From positions 2,764-66,763 of the forward strand of contig JACDAE010000804.1 in assembly GCA_013695595.1 (NCBI GenBank): DNA of 64,000 nucleotides. Reading direction: 5' to 3'. The DNA is from Ktedonobacteraceae bacterium. Its GTDB lineage: Bacteria > Chloroflexota > Ktedonobacteria > Ktedonobacterales > Ktedonobacteraceae. Positions 60,847 to 64,000 of the stretch are shown here, piece by piece; position 1 is the stretch's first letter, and each line of letters starts with the position of its first letter. The position numbers and the translations under genes were made by a program. The notes below the pieces were generated by a model. The model searched no databases. It was not told the origin of the DNA and saw only the letters and a list, made by a program, of their open reading frames with translations.

Positions 60847-63800
60847 ATGCAGCAGCCGAAGCCACAAACAGCCTTCGAACGCTTTCTTGCGCTTTCACTG
60901 GTGGAGCAATCGGCTCAAAAGTACTCACGCGGCTACAAGATGTGCTGTCCGGTCCACGGTGACAAGCGGGCTAGCCTAATCTTCTGGGAAGATGAGCAGG
61001 ACGGGCACGTTGGCATTCGTTGCTTTGCAGGCTGCCAGCGGGCTGACATTTGTGCAGCGCTCGGCGTGCGTGAGAGCGATCTTTACAATGGCGCACGCGC
61101 ACCTCAACCAGGTCCGACACGCAAAATTGATCTTTTCGATCTGGTCCTGCACAAATTTATTCACCCTACAGTTCTCTTTAACCTGCAGGTCGAAGATAAC
61201 GTGACCTGGAAGACCCCAAACGGCCAGCAGATCCGGGGCGTGATCCGCCTTCCTTACTTTTTAGAAGATGGCACCCTTTACCGTCGTAGTCGCATCAGAA
61301 CGGCGATCAGTGCAGGGGATGGCTCCTATTGGGATGGAGCAGAAGCGCCGCTCATCCCCTACGGTCTCCACAAGTTGGAAGAGGCCCGTACACAAAAATT
61401 GCTTTGGCTCGTCGAGGGTGAAAGTGACTGCTGGACGCACTGGTCACATGGCATCCCAACCCTGGGTATCCCTGGGGTGGGCAACACCAAAGTCCTTGAG
61501 GCCGCACACCTGCGCGAGATCGAGACCCTCTATATCGTGCAGGAGCCGCCCACAGCAGGCAAAAAGCAGGATGCGGGCAAGCAATTTGTTGATGGTCTCT
61601 GCCAACGTCTGCGTGAGCTGGCCTATCCAGGCGAAGTCTACGTCGTCTCCCTGCAACACAGCCTTGGGTTCAAAGACCCGAACGATCTACACAAGCACCT
61701 CTTTGTTGAAGGCCGCATCAAAGAGTATCCGACAGAATTAGATAAGGCCGTCTACGAGGCGCTCCCGCTCGACATCACTGCTGGCCTCCCCCACAAAGAG
61801 CAACTCTCGGAGGTGCAGCCGCTAGTCGAGGAGGCGATTGGTAAGCAAGAGAGCAATACCCTCTATGCCCTTGCCCCCCGCGTAGCACGCCTGGAGACAC
61901 GCCAGCAGGCCGTCATTCTCACTGCCATGCGCCAGCATATGAAAAAGGAGTCGGGCTTCTCACCGCGCATCTTCAACAAGTTAATGAAAGAGGAGATGGA
62001 GCGGCAAGGCCAGGTACAACATATCTCTGTAACTAACAAACCAGATATCAAGATCTCAGGCAACATTGAAGAAGATGCCAACGCGACGTTGATGGCTCTC
62101 TATAGCGCCAATATCCCACCCGTGCTTTTTGTCCGCCGTGGCAAACTGGCACGTTGCCGGGTTGATGAGGAAGGCAAACCACTGATCGAGGACCTCGATG
62201 AGGCGCTGCTGCTCTTTGAAATGGCACGCGCTGCCAACTTTTTAAGCTACAACCAGGCACGTCAGGCATATAGTCCAACCTATCCGCCCGTGGCGCTTGC
62301 CCGGCACATCCTGTCGGCAAAATCCTGGAGATTTCCAGCGCTTCGGGGTATTACTGAGGTGCCGGTGGTCCGCGATGATGGCACCATTTTAGATCAGCCT
62401 GGCTATGATCCGCAGGCCAAGCTGATCTATCTCCCTCATCCTGACCTGGTTATCCCGGCGATCCCAACGAACCCGACACCGCAGGAGGTTGAAGAGGCCC
62501 GAAACTTTGCCTGGAAGTACTTTGAAGAGTTCGCATACGAAACCCGCTCAGATGGCGCGAATGCCTTTGGATTGCTCCTGACCACCGTCACACGCTCATT
62601 GTATGGGGCCGTGCCTATGGCCGCGATTGACGCGACCAAGCAAGGGTCTGGTAAAGGGTTGCTGTCTAAAGGCATCGCCTATGTTGCGCAGGGCCGCTCT
62701 GCCGCAGCGATGGTTCCTCCTTCCGACGAAAACGAGTGGCGCAAGACGCTCACCTCGCAACTGGTCGAAGGGAACCTGCTCATCTCGCTCGACAATGTGG
62801 ATGGACTGCTCTACTCCTCTACGCTGGCATCGTTTCTGACCGCTGATGTCTGGACTGCACGTCTGTTGGGCACCATGAACAGCCCAGAGATGCCCCAGCG
62901 CAGCATGATCATGTGCAATGGCAACAACCTCCAACTCGGCGGCGACATCCCACGCCGGAGTTACCGCATTCGCATGGATGCTGGTGTGTCCAAACCCTGG
63001 ATGCGCAATAAGTTCACGTACTCCCCACTGATCAAATTTATTCGTCAAGATCGTGGCAAAATCATTGCGTCCCTGCTGACTATGGCGCGTGCGTGGATCG
63101 TTGCGGGCAGACCAGCTCCCGCAACACCCCTGCCTGCACTGGCCGATTTTACTGGCTGGTGTGAAGTCATTGGTGGTATTCTCGCCTTTGCGGACGTGGA
63201 CGGCTTTCTTGAGAACTTAAACCAGCTCTATGAAGAGACTGACACGGATGGACCGCAGTGGGCCGCGTTTCTGGAGTACTGGCACGCGACAGCCCTGGGA
63301 ACAAAAAAGTATACGGCAGCCCAGATTGTTGAGAAAATTAAGCAGGATGCGGATTTTGCCTCCTCGCTCCCTGAGCCGCTTGCAGGCTTGCCCCTCCAGG
63401 AACCGAAGGAAGTGAAAGCTTTTTCGATCAAACTGGGCCGGGCGTTGCAAAAGCGTAAAGGCACTCCCTATGGAGCAAGCAATTACCGGCTCAATAAAAG
63501 CGAAGACACTCATAGCAAACAGAAGCTATGGAGCGTGAGTGACGCCCCGCAGGCTCAGGCTGCACCGGCCCGTCTCGTCTGGGGTAAGAAGCTCCCTGAG
63601 CCTGAACCGCCCCCTCTCGAAGAACAGGTCACAACGCCCAGCGAAGAAGGAATGCTGCCTGACATTGCAGACGAGGCTCCCGCCAGCCTGCATGCTGAAG
63701 ACGCCCTCATGCACGAAGTTTCAGATGTATGCGAGGCTCCTACCTGCCAGCGCTCTATTGAAGAAGTTGAGGACTTCAGCTTTGATTTGTATGGGAACGG

Positions 63801-64000
63801 TTGGTGTGAACACCACCGGAACCGTGGACAGGTGCTAGAGGAGGGCGCGTATCTCTCTCCTGCATTCCCTCCGTTATGCTGTGCATATAGACAGCTAGAA
63901 GAGGGACAAGCCAGTTGGGAAGCATTTGTGAAAACAGTTCCCGATGAGGGTATTCTCGCAATTCTCCAGGCTATTGAGGCATATAAAGCACGAGAGCCAG
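60847..64000 (+). CDS. primase-helicase (CHC2-like zinc finger + Toprim + P-loop NTPase), 3' end outside window
   Basis: Not in ORF track (no stop); hand-translated CCPVHGDKRASL...CFAGC, Toprim LWLVEGESDCW, P-loop DATKQGSGKGLL, LISLDNV; frame 1 open where checked (61201-61500, 62581-63120, 63541-64000); no frame-1 + ORF is listed downstream of 60847. Confidence 0.75.
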   Translation, partial: MQQPKPQTAFERFLALSLVEQSAQKYSRGYKMCCPVHGDKRASLIFWEDEQDGHVGIRCFAGCQRADICAALGVRESDLYNGARAPQPGPTRKIDLFDLVLHKFIHPTVLFNLQVEDNVTWKTPNGQQIRGVIRLPYFLEDGTLYRRSRIRTAISAGDGSYWDGAEAPLIPYGLHKLEEARTQKLLWLVEGESDCWTHWSHGIPTLGIPGVGNTKVLEAAHLREIETLYIVQEPPTAGKKQDAGKQFVDGLCQRLRELAYPGEVYVVSLQHSLGFKDPNDLHKHLFVEGRIKEYPTELDKAVYEALPLDITAGLPHKEQLSEVQPLVEEAIGKQESNTLYALAPRVARLETRQQAVILTAMRQHMKKESGFSPRIFNKLMKEEMERQGQVQHISVTNKPDIKISGNIEEDANATLMALYSANIPPVLFVRRGKLARCRVDEEGKPLIEDLDEALLLFEMARAANFLSYNQARQAYSPTYPPVALARHILSAKSWRFPALRGITEVPVVRDDGTILDQPGYDPQAKLIYLPHPDLVIPAIPTNPTPQEVEEARNFAWKYFEEFAYETRSDGANAFGLLLTTVTRSLYGAVPMAAIDATKQGSGKGLLSKGIAYVAQGRSAAAMVPPSDENEWRKTLTSQLVEGNLLISLDNVDGLLYSSTLASFLTADVWTARLLGTMNSPEMPQRSMIMCNGNNLQLGGDIPRRSYRIRMDAGVSKPWMRNKFTYSPLIKFIRQDRGKIIASLLTMARAWIVAGRPAPATPLPALADFTGWCEVIGGILAFADVDGFLENLNQLYEETDTDGPQWAAFLEYWHATALGTKKYTAAQIVEKIKQDADFASSLPEPLAGLPLQEPKEVKAFSIKLGRALQKRKGTPYGASNYRLNKSEDTHSKQKLWSVSDAPQAQAAPARLVWGKKLPEPEPPPLEEQVTTPSEEGMLPDIADEAPASLHAEDALMHEVSDVCEAPTCQRSIEEVEDFSFDLYGNGWCEHHRNRGQVLEEGAYLSPAFPPLCCAYRQLEEGQASWEAFVKTVPDEGILAILQAIEAYKAREP

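Noticed and set aside
1-64000. Interpretation as a prophage
   Set aside because: No terminase, portal, capsid, tail or lysis cassette is recognisable in 64 kb. The FtsK/TraB-like, ParA, ParM-like and Rep/primase content fits a plasmid or ICE better, though structural genes could lie outside the window.

Overview
The window looks like about 64 kb of one mobile genetic element (plasmid- or ICE-like). I saw no rRNA, tRNA, CRISPR array, transposase, capsid or terminase genes. GC is a little above 50% by eye. The gene content (many XRE-TPR and STAND regulators, TTG/GTG starts) suggests a filamentous Chloroflexota/Ktedonobacteria-like host, but that is a low-confidence inference.

Genes recognised from motifs:
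- Integration and damage response: an integrase fragment and a DinD-like gene.
- A RavA/ViaA-like AAA+/VWA pair.
- DNA metabolism: a DEDDh exonuclease, an orphan C5 DNA methyltransferase, RmuC, an HNH endonuclease, a Rep-like protein and a zinc-finger/Toprim/P-loop primase-helicase that runs off the right edge.
- Cassette genes: macro-domain and DUF4031 proteins.
- Two partition systems: ParA plus an RHH partner, and an actin-like ParM plus an RHH partner. There is also a separate ParB/Srx-like protein.
- Regulators: XRE and LuxR proteins, two sigma factors (sigma-70-like and ECF), and two STAND NTPases. One STAND protein has the architecture HTH-NB-ARC-TPR-DUF1704/MATCAP peptidase.
- Transfer and envelope: an FtsK/TraB-like translocase and a cell-wall hydrolase.
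- Others: a tandem ClpX zinc-finger protein and a classic AAA ATPase.
- A cluster of a DndC-like PP-loop enzyme, GH57, a second PAPS-reductase-like enzyme and an SPL-like radical SAM enzyme.

The non-coding DNA is unusually organised:
- 16 copies of a 22-24 bp palindrome (AAACG-N2-CGTTT core) in short intergenic gaps.
- 11 AT-rich TATAGG-type palindromes that bracket gene cassettes.
- A 4-copy AATGGCCGCTAGCGGCCATT operator family flanking the STAND/RmuC module.
- A reused promoter/leader cassette.
- Three G/C-hairpin leader elements.
- A 60-bp duplication around an inserted XRE cassette.

All family calls come from motif recognition by eye, not database searches.
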